Positions 46,611 through 60,333 of a stretch of DNA of 64,000 nt are shown piece by piece. The notes under the pieces were generated by a model. That model was not told where the DNA came from. It was given only the letters and a program-made list of their open reading frames with translations, and did not search any database. The DNA comes from Mobula hypostoma. Its lineage: Eukaryota. Numbering within the stretch: the first letter of the stretch is position 1; the number at the start of each line of letters is the position of its first letter. The position numbers were made by a program, and so were the translations under genes. The stretch is taken from contig NC_086097.1 in NCBI RefSeq assembly GCF_963921235.1, forward strand, positions 26,910,001 through 26,974,000, read 5' to 3'.

Positions 46611-47300
46611 TCCATTTCATCATGGCTGATTTAACACAAACAAGAGAAAATCTGCCGATGCTGGAAGTTCGAGCGACACACGCAAAGTGCTGGAGGAACT
46701 CGGCAGGCCAGGCAGCATCTATGGAAAAAAAGTACAGTTGACGTTTCGGGCCAAAACGTACTTTTTTCCATAGATGCTGCCTGGCCTGCTGAGTTCCTCC
46801 AGCATGTTGTGTGTGTTGGCTGATTTAACATCCCGCTCAACACCATTCTCCCGTCTTTTCCCACAACCTTTGACGCCTGACTAATCAAGAATCTGTCAAC
46901 CTTTGCTTTAAATATACCCAGTGACTTAGCTACCACAGCCATCTGTGGCAACGACTTCCCCAGATTCATCACTCCTGCTAAAGAAATTCCTCCTCATCTC
47001 TGTTCTAAAGGGACATCCCTCTGGTCCCGGACTCCTCCCACTCTAGGAAACATCCTTTCCAGTCCACTCTATTTAGTCCTTTCAATATTGGTTAGGTTTC
47101 AAAGAGACCCCCCTCATCCTTCTAAATTCCAGCAAGTGTAGGTCTGAAACCATGATACATTAACCCTTTCATTCCCAAGATCGTTCTTGTGAACCTCCTT
47201 TGGATACTCTCCAATGCCAGTAGATCCTTTCTTCTATAAGGTACCCAAAGCTGCTCACGATATTCCAAGTGTAATGTGACCAATGCTTTATAAAGCCTCA
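46560..47300 (-). mobile_element. CR1 3' fragment interrupted by a Penelope-derived hairpin
   Basis: Colinear with other CR1 3' ends once about 46633-46816 is removed. Confidence 0.8.
46633..46816. mobile_element. Palindromic Penelope-derived mini-element with TSD
   Basis: Inverted arms of about 70 bp, flanked by the direct repeat TGGCTGATTT(AACA) starting at 46623 and 46817. Confidence 0.85.
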
Positions 47301-48051
47301 GTGCTGGGGTGGGGTGGGGTAGTTGTGGGGAAGTTAAAGTGAATTGAGACTGAATTCACCAAATCCCCAAACGTTCACCTCAGTGGGCGTCAACGGGAAG
47401 TGAAAGAAGCATAATCAGGTTTAGTATCGCTGACATATGTTTGAAAATATGTTGTTCTGTGTCAGCAGTGCAGTGCAATATATAAAAATACTATCAGTCG
47501 CAATAAGGAAGGAAGAGAGAAAGAAGGGAAGATAGTGAGGCAGTGTTCATGGACCATTCAGAAATCTGATGGTGGAAGGGAAGAAACTTCCTAAAGTGTT
47601 GTGTCTTGGTCTTCAAGCTCCTGTACTTCCTTCCTCAAGGTAGTAATGAGAGGCGGTAAGGTCCTTGATGATGGATGCCACCTTCTTGAGGCCTCGCCTT
47701 TTGAAGGGAGGCTAGTGCTCATGGTGGAGCTGGCTAAGTTTACAACCCTTGGCAGCTTTTCCCAATCCTGCACACTGCCGTCTCCGTACCAGACAGCGAA
47801 GCAACTCGTTAAAATCTGCCAGGGAGAAACTGTTCATTGTGAGAGGGATCTACTTGGCATGTAGATTACTCCGTGGGAGGGGGTCTGCTGTGAGAGAAGA
47901 TCTTCTCCGTGACAGGGTATCTGCTCATGATGAAGGAGATGGACTCAGAGTGAAATCTGTTCATTACAAGGAGTGTGTTGTGCTCAGAGAGAGGTTTGCT
48001 GGTGGGATCAGTGTTCAACACAGGCCCCCAAAACTGTCAAACTTACAAACC

Positions 48052-48560
48052 GTGTCCACTTTACTAGGTTCACCTCCACACCTGCTCAGTGATGCAACTA
48101 TCTTATCAGCCAATCACGTGGCAGCAGCTCAATGCATAAAAGCATCCAGACATGGTCAAGAGGTTCAGTTGTTGTTCAAACCAAGAGTCAAAGTGGGGAA
48201 GAAATGTGATCTAAGTGATCATTGTGGTTTGAGGTGGTTTGAGTATCTCAGAAACTGCTGATCTCCTGGGGCTTTCACATGCACACAGTCTCTTGAGATT
48301 ACTGAGAATGGTGCGAGAAACAAAAACATCTGGTGAGCTGCAGTTCTGTCTGCGAAAATGTCCTTGTTAATGAGAGGCATCAAAGGAGACTGGCCAGACT
48401 AGTTCAATCTGACAGGAAGGTGACAATAACTCAAATAACCATGTGCTACACAACAGCGTGTGCAGAACAGCCTCTCTGAACTTTGAAGCGGATGGACTAT
48501 AGCAGCAGAAGATGTCAGTGTACCTATTAGGTGGGTCTAATAAAGTGGCCACTGAGTGTA
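48052..48560 (+). mobile_element. Non-autonomous Tc1-like element
   Basis: Left end gtgtccactttactaggt and right end ctaataaagtggccactgagtg followed by TA. The interior is homologous to 6552-6689 and 8432-8576. Confidence 0.75.
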
Positions 48561-49349
48561 ACTTTCTACCCAATAGAATCAATATTTATTTCTGTAAACA
48601 GGTCTGAAATAACAGGATATTAATCCCATTGCTTTGTTCAAATTTGCCTACTTTCCATCAGTGACTTTAGATTCAGATTCATTTACTTATCACATGTACA
48701 TAAATGAATCAGAATTGGAATTGGAGGTCGGTAATGGAATTTAGGAAACCAACACAGCACACCCACATTGCGAGGCAGAGCAACACAAGACACAGCAAGC
48801 AACAAAACAATAACAGCAAACAAGGATGAGGGGTAGTTACAGGGCAGGGGTAATGGAATGGCCGGGTAGGAGCTTGAGTCTGCAGTCGAATGTCAGCGAT
48901 CCCCAAAGTCATACTGCAAGTGCTGACAAGACCAGCGATCCTCAGTCGTAGACCAGTTCTAGGCTGGAGGTTCGTATAGGTGATGAGTCCCGGGTATGGG
49001 CAGGAATCACGAGGACCGGTGGTCTCCTAGGTCACTGGGGTAGGAGATCCATCATTGCTGTCAGTAAAGCACTTAGGGTCCTGAGAGGATTAGCCTTGAG
49101 CTGAAGTCACCGTTCCTTTCTACCTAGCACCTGGAACACACAGTGTACAACTGTCACATGCTGGCCTGCCCCACACCTTCAAACTCAGAAGATCTATTTC
49201 TGTTCCATTTGAACGTTACAAATCTGGACTAGAGAGAGTTGAAGTATGAAAGAAAGACCATGAACTTCTATCAGATCTTCTCTGAGCTGGGGACACCTGA
49301 AAGTTTTTTGCATTTAATGGGCTGGGACATGTTGGACCCTTCACCTTTG

Positions 49350-50490
49350 TTACCTATCCAGACATCTCTTAAACGTTGAAATTGAGCTTAGATGCATCAT
49401 TGTGCATTCAGCTCTTTCCACTCTCTCACAATATTCTGAGTGAAGAAGTTTCCCCTTATGTTCACAGTAAACTTTTCACCTTTCATCCTTAACCCATAAC
49501 CTCTAGTTGCCCCACCCAACCTCAGTGGGAAAAAAAGCCTTCTTGCATTTACCCTATCTATACCCCTTATAATTAAGTATAACTCTATCAAATCTCCCCT
49601 CAGTCCTAACCTATTCAACTATTCCTTGTAATTCAGGTCCAGACCCAGCAACATCCTTGTAAGTTTTCTCGCTACTCTTTCAACCTCATTAGCATCTTTC
49701 CCGTGGGAAGGTGACCAAAGCTGCACTGAATACTCCAAATTAGGCCTTAATGATGTCTTATTGAACAACTTCAACATACTCAGTACTTTGATTTATGAAG
49801 GCCAATGTGCCGAAAGCTTTCTTTAAGACCCCATCAATCTGTGATGCCACTTTCAGTGAATTATGGACCTGTATTCACAGATCCCTGTGTCCAAGCACAC
49901 TCCTCAGTGCCCGACCGTTCACTGTGTAAGACCTACCCTGGTCGGCCCTACTGAAGTACAACACCTCATATTTGTCTGCATTAAATTCCATCTGCCATTT
50001 TTCAGCCCATTTTCCCAGCTGGTCCAGATCCTGCTGCAAGCCATGATAGCCTTCCTCACTGTCCACTACAGTCCCACTTCGGTGTTATCTGAAAATTTGC
50101 TTATCCAGTTAACCACATTAGCATCCAGTTTAATGATATAGGTGACAAAAAACAATGGGCCCCATCACCAATCCTTGTGGCACTCCACTAGTCACAGGCC
50201 TCTAGTCAGAGGGGCATCCATCTACAACCACTCTCTGTCTTCTCTCACAAAGCAAACGTCTAGTCCAAATTACTACCTCATTTTGAATGCCGAATGACTG
50301 AACCTTCTTGAGCAACCTTCCATGCAGTACCTTGTCAAATGCTTTGCTAGAGTCATGTAGACAACATCCTCTGCCTTGCCTTCATCAACTTTCCTGGTAA
50401 CTTCCTTGAAAAGGTATAAGATTGGTTAGACACGACCTACTACACACAAAGCCATGCTGACTATCCTTAATCACTCTGTGTCTATCCATG
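49350..50490 (-). mobile_element. Degraded CR1 RT fragment
   Basis: SQHGFV..RSCLTNL, LQQDLDQLGKWAEKWQMEFN and RGDLIELY. Confidence 0.85.
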
Positions 50491-50978
50491 CTTGCATCTT
50501 CCAAATCTTCATTTTCATTGTAACATTCAAGATGGTTGTCGATAGCTTTAAATTCTTTGTAGTTCCTAACTTGTAGAAGTAGTGAAATTGTTTCATTTTC
50601 ACTCCCGGCCATTTCTGGCATCTCCAAACCTGAATGCTTGAAACCACAGTGAGCAAAGCAGTTTTGAATTGTCTTACTGCTTATCTTTCACCACCTATCT
50701 GTGTCAAAAATCGCTGCTTTTTGAACACAAGCGCACATATGACGCTATTTAAAATCCGTATGCTCTAAGCAAGTTGTAGTGTCTAACAGCCACATGATGT
50801 GCATAGGAATGACGCTAGTTAGGAAGTGTTTGGCAGCACTCTCTGTTCCAACTAAGTGGCACAACGTCCCAAATAAACAAAGTGAATCCCAACTATTTCC
50901 TCGATTAGTTTTTGTTCTTCAAGAGTTGTCCCAAATAAGCGGCTGCCCTGGTTAACTGATCAACCGGAATCCACTGTG
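50490..50978. mobile_element. Probable Tigger-like DNA transposon fragment
   Basis: Ends in 'ccggaatccactgt' (CAGT-type terminus) with repeated 'gtcccaaataa'. An acidic C-terminal-like remnant lies on the minus strand. Confidence 0.4.
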
Positions 50979-51574
50979 CAATAGAATCAATCAAAAGCTG
51001 CACACAAATAAAGACACTGCTTTACGTTGACTGTTTTACTGAGGCAGTGAGAAGATTAGACAGGGTCCATAGAAGGGAGGCTGGTTCCCATGATGTGCAA
51101 AGCTGTGACCAGAACTCTGCATTTTCTTGCCCTCTCTGTCAGAGCAATTGCCATACCAAGCAGTGATATGTCTGGATCAGACGCTTTCCGTGGTGCATCT
51201 ACAAACTTTTGTAAGCTATATTTCCTTTGCAATCTGGGAACGATAGCCATCAATTTAAACACAGCAGGAGGGAAGTGGTTAATGAACGTTTATAGAAATA
51301 GTATTGATTGTAGCACTTGTGCAGGTAGTAATTGAAAATTTCTGTCTTGGATTCCTGTGTTGAACAACTGCACGACCACGTTCGTACAAGGTTCCACATG
51401 TCTACTGGGAGAGTGGGCTGTGTTCATCCCTCCACCTGTTCCAGAGCCTGAGGAGAACTTTACTTTCATTGATCTGGGATTTGTTCCATTCCAAAAGACC
51501 AATGGGCCTTGGTTTAGCATCCCAGGGGAAAGGCAGACCCACAACTTGCTGGCAGACACCAGAGTTGCCTAGCC

Positions 51575-51850
51575 ACAGCTGAGCAGATCCCATTGACTGA
51601 GAAGATCCCACCCCTGAACAGTTCCCACCCACTGAGCAGATCCCATCCCTGAACTGACTGAGCAGGTCCCACCCAGAGAGCAGATCCCACACACTCGGGT
51701 GGATCCCACAACAGATCCACGCCAAGCAGATCAGACAGTGAATTGATTGCAGTCATTGAGAAGATTTCACTGAGCAGATCCCAGCCACAGAGATGAACTT
51801 ACAGAGCAGACCCCAGTGACGGAGCTGATCTTACAGAGCAGATCGCACTC
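51575..51850. repeat. Degenerate tandem repeat with core CTGAGCAGATCCCA
   Basis: About 10-12 diverged copies with irregular spacing. Confidence 0.7.
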
Positions 51851-52309
51851 CCTTTCAGAAATCTCTCCAGCACACTGAAGCACCCCTGTATCGTGTAGAC
51901 AATCTGTGACCTGCAGAGCTACAGACCCAGCACTGGAAGGAGCACCCTCTTAGCCAGTACTATTCAAAAGCCCATAGCCTCGTTGTACACTGCAATTTTC
52001 TATGATTCTGATCAATAATCCTAATATAAGGTACTTCTTTAAGATTAATAGGGAATTAAATTCGTTTACCTTTGTTCCAATTCTTCTGTATTTTAACCCC
52101 GTTGGCTGCGTTTAGTTGTAATTTGTCATAAATAAAGATTCGCCACCTCATTCTGCACTGGCTGAATTTTGTTTCACCCCTTTTACTTACATACCCTTGC
52201 ATGCAATGAAATTAACCACATCTCATTTCATGTGGGGAAACAATATTACTTAGATTGTTTTATAAAGTATTTTTAAATGGATTACATGTTAATTCAAAAA
52301 TAATCAAGA

Positions 52310-53520
52310 ACAGGATGTAGAACCTTTAGGGAGGTGCAGAGGAGATTTATCAGGATACTGCCTGGACGAGAGAACATTTCTTATGAAGATAGGTTGAGCG
52401 AACTAGGGCTTTTCTCTTTGGAGCAGAGGAAGATGAGAGGCGACTTGGTAGAGGTGTACAGGATGATAAGAGACAGCCAGATAGTTTTCTCCAGGGTTGA
52501 AATGGCTAAAGTGAGGGGGCATGATTTTGAGGTGATTGGAGGAATGTATAAGGGGATATCAGGTAAGTTTTTTGCACAGAATGGTTGGTGAATGGAACAC
52601 CTTGCCAGGTTTGGTGGAAGATTCAGATGCAGTAGGGACATCTAAGAAACTCTTAGATAGACATGTGGATGGTAGAAACATGGAGGGCTATGTAGAAGGG
52701 AAGGATTAGATTGATCTTAGAGTAGGTTAAAAGGTTGGCACATAATTGTGGGCCAAAAGGCCTGTATTGTGCTGTACTCTTCTATGTTCTAGTTCCCTAC
52801 TTCAAGAAGGGTTGGATCTAAAGCTATGATGTCTTATAAAGCTCCTGTGTGTGAGTAGGTACACTCCTCTACACCCTCTCTAGGATTGCCACTCTACTTG
52901 TCCCAGAACTTGAAGAAGATAAAAGACTATGCAGTTTGAGTTCCAAAGAGACTGAGTCCACGTGTGTGGATCATTAACATAAAGTGTCTCAGAACATAGT
53001 ACAGCACAATATAGGCCCTTTGGCCAAGGATGCTGTGTCAACTCCTTAACCTACTCTAAGATCAATCTAACCCTTCTGTCCATTTTACTGTCATCCATGT
53101 GCCTATCTACGAGTTTCTGAAATTTCCCTAATGTATCTGCCTCTACTTACCTGTATTCCACACATCCTCCACTCTCTGTGTTAAAAAAAATCTACATCTG
53201 ACATGTCTCTATACTATCCTCCAATCCCTTTAAAATATCTCCCCTCATATTAGTCGTTTTTGCCCTGGGAAAAGCTGTTGGCTATCCACTCTTATCTATG
53301 TCTCTTATTATCTTCTACAGCTCTATCAAATCACTTCTCATTCTCTGTCACTCCAAAGAGAAAAGCCCGAGCTCATTCAGTCTAGCCTAATAAATCGTGC
53401 TGTCCAATCCAGGCAGCGTCCCGGTCAATTTCCTCTGCACCTTCCTGAAAGCTTCCCCATTCTTCCCATAATGAGACGACCAGAGTGAAACAATACTCCA
53501 GGTGTGGCCTAAGCAGAGTT
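52310..53520. mobile_element. Two CR1 3' fragments in opposite orientation (52310-52792 plus, 52993-53520 minus)
   Basis: QRRFIRILPG...LGLFSLEQRKMRGDL, and shared 3' UTR 'ttagattgatcttagagtaggttaa'. Confidence 0.8.
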
Positions 53521-54719
53521 TCAGTGTCAATACAGAAACAGGCACTTTAGCTCAACATGTCCATGCTGAACAAGGTGCCCAACTAAGCTAGTCGCGTCTG
53601 CCACATTCGGTCCATATCCTCTTAGCTACACACGTACTTACCTAAATGTCTTTTAAATATTGTTATTGTTCCTGCCCCGACCAATTCTTCTGGCTGCCCA
53701 TCTCATATACACACCACCCTCTGAAGATGCTGCTGCTTAGGTTTCTTTTAAGTTCAAGTTCAAACTTATTGTCATCCAACCATACTGCTCACGTGTATAC
53801 AGCTAAAGGAAACAACAAGGTGCATCGGGTGCACAGAACATACAAAACATACACCACATAAAGTAATATTAACAGATAACTTAAAACATTCTGTAGATGT
53901 ATAAGTAGAGTAAAGGTGCATATACAACATGTAGTTAAATATATAACAGTGTAATGCTACTGGTGCTGTCATAAATCGTGTGTACTGGGTGCCTGGGGGA
54001 AGCCTAACAGTCCTGTTCTTATTCGGAGGTGCCTTCTGCCTGATGGTAATGGGGTCAAAGAGATTTGTGTGGGATCAATGGTGAGGACTCTGCGAGCATA
54101 CGTGTCTGATATATGGATTAGATCTTTTCCCTCTCACCTTGAATCTCTGCCCTCGAGGTACCCTTTCTCTGGGACAAAGACTGTGTGCGCACTCACCCTA
54201 TCCATGCCCCTTGTGATTTAAGGTATATGCAGAGCCTCCTACGTCCTAAGGAATACAGTCCTAGCTGGCCCACTTAGAGATACAGCTTGGTAATAGGCCA
54301 TTCCGGCCCAATGGCACTGTGCTGGCATGTGACCAATTAACCCTCCTAACCCCACGTCTTTGGAATGTGGGAGGAAACCAAAGCACCCGCACTGGGGGAA
54401 CCCACACAGTCGTGGTGAGAATGTACAAGGTCCTTACAAACAGCGGTGAGAATGGAACCGGATCGCTGGTGGTGTAATACTGTCACGTTAGCTGCGATGC
54501 TGCCAAGCCATCCCTCAGTAACTCAGGATCCCAACCCTTAGTAACATCTTTGTAAATTGTCCTTGCTCTTTCCCGCAGCAGGTTGGACAGAACGGTACAG
54601 AATCCCGTAGAGTTGGACAAGAACGCAAAATAATCAGCCATATGCAGCTGTTCAGTTATTCAAACTGAAGTAACTTGTAGACTTACATACCTAGGCTTTG
54701 AAATGGTGGTCACACGCAT

Positions 54720-54873
54720 GAGAAAATGTGCTGGTGCTGGGAATCCAAAGCAGCACGCACAAAATGCTGGAGGAACTCAGCAGGTCAGGAGGGTCTCGGC
54801 CCGAAATGCCAACTGTTTACTCTTTTGCATAAATGCTGCCTGGCCTGCTGAGCTCCTCCAGCGTGTTGTGTGT
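54720..54873. mobile_element. Palindromic Penelope-derived mini-element with partial hammerhead in the loop
   Basis: Arms as in the other copies; the loop contains GGGTCTCGGCCCGAAA (54791-54806). Confidence 0.75.
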
Positions 54874-56147
54874 GAAACGGTGGAGGACTGGAAAAATGGG
54901 ATGAAGTTTGTTTGTTTGCACCCCTGGGTCTTCTTGGGCTCTCAGCACAGGACATCTGTCGCTCTGACTCTAGTAAGCTTAAATTTGGCAGGATCTCCAA
55001 TTCTACTGTTTATTTTGTTCAATTAGTTTACATTACTTTCATGTTTTAAATTATTTCTGATTTCTGCCAGGGGAGGTGGTGGAAGCAGATAAGATAGCAA
55101 CAGTTAGGGTGTTAAGGTAGCATTGCGGTTAGCGTCACGCTATTCAGTGCGACGGGGAGAACGCACAAACACCTTACTGACAGCGGCAGGAATTAAACCC
55201 CAATCACTGGCACTGAAAGAGTTACATTAGCCGCAATGCTACTGTGTTCCATTATCTGCAGTTTTTTTGAATGATCATTTCTAGGAATAATGTAATTGCA
55301 CTGGAGAGGATGTGCAGGAATGATTTCTGAGGGTGGTGCCACATTCATATACTCATACAACTTAGAAGTAGGCCACTCAGCCCTTTGAGTCTGTGCTGAC
55401 TCACTGAGGAATCCCATCAGGGAAATTCCCTTTCATTTCCTATAAACTATTCTCTCTCGTTCTCATCTTTTCCCTGATTTCCCTACCAGGACTGGAAAGT
55501 TGAATCAGACATGAAGGATTGGATGGGGTGAGGCTGTTTTCTTTGGGACAGAGCAGGCCACGAAGACACCTACTTGAGGTGTATAAAGGGCCCAGGTAGG
55601 ATAAATTGAAAGAATGCTTCCCTTCACGGAGGGATTAAAAACCAGGGAGCAAAGATGTGAAGTATTTGGAAGGAGAAAAGCAAATGATGAAATATCTTTT
55701 CTTGTAGAGGGTGATGGGATGTGGAGCTCAGTGTCTGAAAGTGTGTTGGAGGTAGAATCCCTCTTCACATCTTGAAGAGCAGCGACCTGCAGGGCTATGG
55801 ATTTTGTGGCTAGTGGGCTAGGACTGGCTACCTGGCACAGACACAATGGGCCAAGTAACCTCTTCCCATGCCATAAATTTACTGTTTCTGTCTCTGTAGA
55901 GAACATATAACAGTACAGTACAGGCCCTTCAATCCACAATGTTATGCTGACCTGTTAACCTACTCTAATATAAATCTTGCCCTTCCCTCCCACATAGCCC
56001 TCCATTTTCATTCATCCATCTGCCTATTCAAGAATCTCTTAAATGTCACTAATGTATCTGCCTCTACCATTACATTCCACACACTTGGTAGCACGTTCCA
56101 CACGCTCACCACTCTCTCTGTAAAATACCATCACATTCCACACACCT

Positions 56148-56367
56148 TGGCCAGCTGTGGCGTAGTGGCATCAGCGCTGGACTTTGGGGCGGAAGGTCCC
56201 GAGTTCAAATCCAGCCAGCTCCCATGCACGCTTTCCATCAGTGCTGGGTTGAGCGTCGAGCTAGCAACTCAGCCTTGTAAAAAAGGAAATTGCCTGCTAC
56301 AGAAATATCAACAGCAGAAGGTTGATGGCCTATGCTCTTTTGTGAGTTTAAAAGCAATTTCTCTTTC
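56148..56367 (+). mobile_element. tRNA-derived SINE with RTE-like body and tail
   Basis: A-box TGGCGTAGTGG and B-box GAGTTCAAATCC. 11-bp TSD TCCACACACCT at 56137-56147 and 56368-56378. Confidence 0.82.
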
Positions 56368-56422
56368 TCCACACACCTGGTGGCATATTTCTGCACACTC
56401 ACCACTCTCTGTGTAAAATACC

Positions 56423-58035
56423 TGTTGTGTATTCAATATTTCAGCCCTATTGTAAATATTTTGTTTGATGCAGGTTATCTGTAAAAGTACGTAAATGGCA
56501 TACGTCATGATACCACCACGTCATACATACGCATCTCGCTTAAAGTAAAAATAAAATTAAGGCCTGTTCACCTGGGCTTCAGTCTTTTCCTTGCAACTAC
56601 TTGGAGTTACAAAACATCACAGTGACAATAAGGAAGTTTTAAATGAACCCAAGACAACTACGCACCTTGTTGAAGCGCAGTGAGGCGTTTGAGTTTTTAA
56701 AACAGCAGTGAGAAACAATCGAGCAAAAAGAAACAACATAACACACGCTTCTTTGGAAAGGGACAGGAATGCTCGAGTTTTTAAAAAAGCAGGAAACTGA
56801 TGAGTTTGCGGGTTCATAAACTGTAGTTACTGGGTGATAATAATCATAAATTTTAAAAAAAGCAGAAATGGCTGCTGACATCAGAAAGATGGATGTGTTT
56901 GAATAGCTCATGTATACTGAGCTAAATGAGTAGTATTTTGAAGCAATTGAAATAGCCAATGAAAAACTAGTGCCAGTTTTGCTGAGTGCATTAGGTAGAA
57001 AAGCCTACAGTTTCCTTAGAAATTTAACTGCTCCAACCAAACCAGCTGGAAAGAGCTTTGTTGCTATTGTGAAAGTAATGTGGGAACATTTAGAAATAAA
57101 ACCACTGTTGATCATAGAAGACTTCAGGTTTCATAACTGGGATCAAAAGGAAATGGCTGACTTGAAGAGATTGTCTGAGCGTTGTCAGTTCAGTGATTAA
57201 CTTAATGATTCTCTGAGAGATCATTTAGTTTGTGGAATCTTACAAGAAAGCATTCAAAAATAGCTCCTCGCTGAAGTACAACTTAGATTTAAAAGAGTAG
57301 TTGTAATTGCCGTATCAATAGAAACAGCAGACAGAGAAGCAATTAAGTTGCAGTCAGGAATTAAAGTGAGCATGTATAAGATTGCAATGTCTAAACAGAA
57401 ATCAGCCTAGCCAAACGTGCGTTGCCATCGTGGCAAAGGCTCACATACACCAGACCAATGCAGATCTTTGTGTGTCTTCTACAAAATGGGTCACATGCAA
57501 AGAGCATATCAAGCAGACAAAAATCAATGGACTGCACAGGGGAAGAGAAAAAGATAAAGTGTCAAGTTTCAGTTTCCAAATGAGCATTAATCTGCATGTT
57601 GCAGATGAAAAAAAAAAGATAATGATGAGAGTGATACAGGATTGGGTAGCCTGGAGTTTTACAACATGAAGCCTATCAGTAGACAATCAATATGGCTTAC
57701 ACCAGAAGTGAATGGCAAATTTTTAATTAAAATGGAGTTGGACAGTTATTCCACAAAATGAGTTTGAACAACATTTCAAAAATACTAAACTGAAGCCTAC
57801 AAATACCCAGCTAAGAACTTATACTGGAGAAAAGATTACCCCTGTGAGAAGGGCATTTGTAACAGTGAAATGCAACAACCAACAAGCCACATTGTGTTGT
57901 ATGTGGTAAAAACAGGAGGGCCAGTATTGTGGGGCTGTGATTGGCGGAGACAACTACATATTGATTGGAGATCCACAACCCCTGTAATAGGGTCAACTGA
58001 AAGTGAATTAAGAAAGGTACTGGATGATGCCACAC
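56423..58035 (+). mobile_element. Decayed Gypsy-type LTR retrotransposon 5' part (LTR, gag, protease)
   Basis: Candidate LTR TGTTGTG...CATCACA (about 56423-56621) containing AATAAA. Gag remnant VPVLLSALGRKAYSFLRNLTAPTKP...KPLLI.E.FRFH, zinc-knuckle remnant near 57420, and protease remnant IKMELD near 57730. Confidence 0.78.
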
Positions 58036-58964
58036 CTTCAGACTTGTATACATCGGGCCTTCAAACACCCATCTCTGGCCAGGACAAATATCAGGACTCT
58101 GCATCTGGATTTGCTGACTTTGGTCTTTGACATTTGGATTTGTACCTGAAGCATTCTCCTGCACTTCTGGGTATAAAGTCCTAACTATTCAATCTTTCCC
58201 TGTAGCTCAATTCCTCAAGTCCCAGCAACACCTTGTCAATTTTCTCCACACACTTTTAAGCCAGTTGATATCTTTCCTGAAAGTAGGTGACCAGATCGCC
58301 ACACAATCTATGCCCCTCATGGTTTTATACACCCTGCATAAAGTCAACCCCTCATTTTCCTATGTTCCAATCTTTTATTGGTCCTCACCATCGAGCAGGC
58401 AAAGCAGGAAAATTACGAAGGTCAAATTTAATGTGTTTGTGGTATTTATTTACTCGATTTTCAGTCTTTGTTTGGACTTGTGATGCCAAAAACTGGATTT
58501 TTAGACACGCTATCACTTATCATTTACTTTAAGAAAATACAATTGTCTGCCTAGACACTTGGAATTCTCAGTACCCCTGGGTCAAACACAGTCAGGATGG
58601 GTTAGAAGTGAACCATTAAAATAACAGAGGCCATTTGGTCCAAAAGTTTCCAAATGTTCCTTTCCTTCTATTTATTTACCTCAGCTGTAAATACTTTGAA
58701 TATTCACTTATGTAAATTCCTCCACAAAAACTTTGCCTTTGGTCCATGTTATGCCAGGATCAGAATCAGGTTTATCTGTCTATCTATTTATTTATTTAGA
58801 GATACATTTAAAGGATGTTCAGACAAATACATGGATAGGAAACATTTGGAGGGATATGGGCCAAACTCAGACAAATGGGAATCAGAATCAGGTTTATGTC
58901 ATGAAATGTGTCGTTTTGTGGCAGTAGTACAGTGCAATTTATAAAAAATTATTATAGGTTGCGA

Positions 58965-60333
58965 GAAAGTGAACACTCACAAGGTGACAAGCCCCAATGG
59001 AGTATCTGGTAGGGCTCTAAAAACGTGGGCCAACCAATTGGTGGCTGTGGTCAAAGACATTTTCAATCTCATTGCTTCAGTCAGAAGTTCCCACCTGCTT
59101 CAAAAGGGCAACAATCTTACCAGTGCCCAAGAAGAGCTGGGTGAGCTGCCTTAGCGACTGTTGTCCAGTAGCACTCGTGTTTGCAGTGATGAAGCACTTT
59201 GAGACGTTAGTTATGGCTAGAATTAACTCCTACCTCAGCAAGGACCTGGACCCACTGAAATTTGCCTATTACACAATAAGTCTCCGGCAGATGTGATCTT
59301 GATGCTTCTTCACCTGGCCTTGGATCACCTGGACAATAGTAATATCTACATTGGGATGCTGTTTAATGACTGCAGCTCAGTGTTCAGCACCATCATTCCT
59401 ACAGTTCTGATTGAAAAGCTCCAGAAGCTGAGCATCTTCAACTAGATCCACAACTTTATAAACGGAAGACCACAATCTGTGTGGATCTTAAATAACATCT
59501 CCAGCTCCAGCTTGTAGAATCTCAGATGGAGATGAGAGGGCGTACAGGAGTGAGATGTACCAGCTAGTTGAGTGGTGTCGCAGCAACAACCTTACACCCA
59601 CTGTCAGTAAGACGAAAGAGCTGATTGTGGACTTCAGGAAGGGTAAAATGAGGGAACACAAACTAGTCCTCATAGAGGGATCAGAAGTGGAGAGAGTGAG
59701 CAACTTCAAGTTCCTGGGTGTCAAGATCCCTGAGGATCTAACCTGGTCCTAACAAAATGAAGGCAAGACAGCGGCTATATTTCATTAAGAGTTTGAAGAG
59801 ATTTGGTTTGTCATCTAAATCACTCAAAAACTTCTATAGACGTACCATGGAGAGGATTCTAACAGGCCGCCTCACTGGCTGGTAGGGGGGCTACTGCGTA
59901 AGACCAAAAGAAGCTACAGGAAGTTGTAAAATTAGTCAGCTTCATCTTTGGTACCAGCCTCCATAATATCCAAGGCATCTTCAGGGAGCGGTGTCTCAAC
60001 ACGGTGATGTCCATTATTAAGTACCCCCAGCACCCAAGGGCACACCTTCTTCTCATTGTTACCATCAGGTAGGAGATACAGAAGCCTGAAGACACTCAGC
60101 AATTCAGGAACAGCTTCTGCCCTTCTGCCATATGATTCCTAAATAGACATTGAACCCATGAATACTTTTTAAAAATATATATTATTTCTGTTCAAGTTAC
60201 ATGTATGTACTTACTGTAATTGATTGTTAGATTCATTTATTTTTTTCTATATATTATGGGTTATTATATTGAAGTGTTGCTGCTAAGTTAACAAATTTCA
60301 CGATACATGCCAATGTTAATAAACCTGATTCTG
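58965..60333 (+). mobile_element. Rex1/Babar-type LINE, degraded
   Basis: VPTCFKRATILPVPKK, SKTKELIVDFRK and FKFLGV. The 3' UTR is similar to 22090-22315. Confidence 0.87.

Noticed and set aside
48830..49200. Possible LTR fragment or exon
   Set aside because: No termini, TSD, splice pair or recognisable translation could be established.
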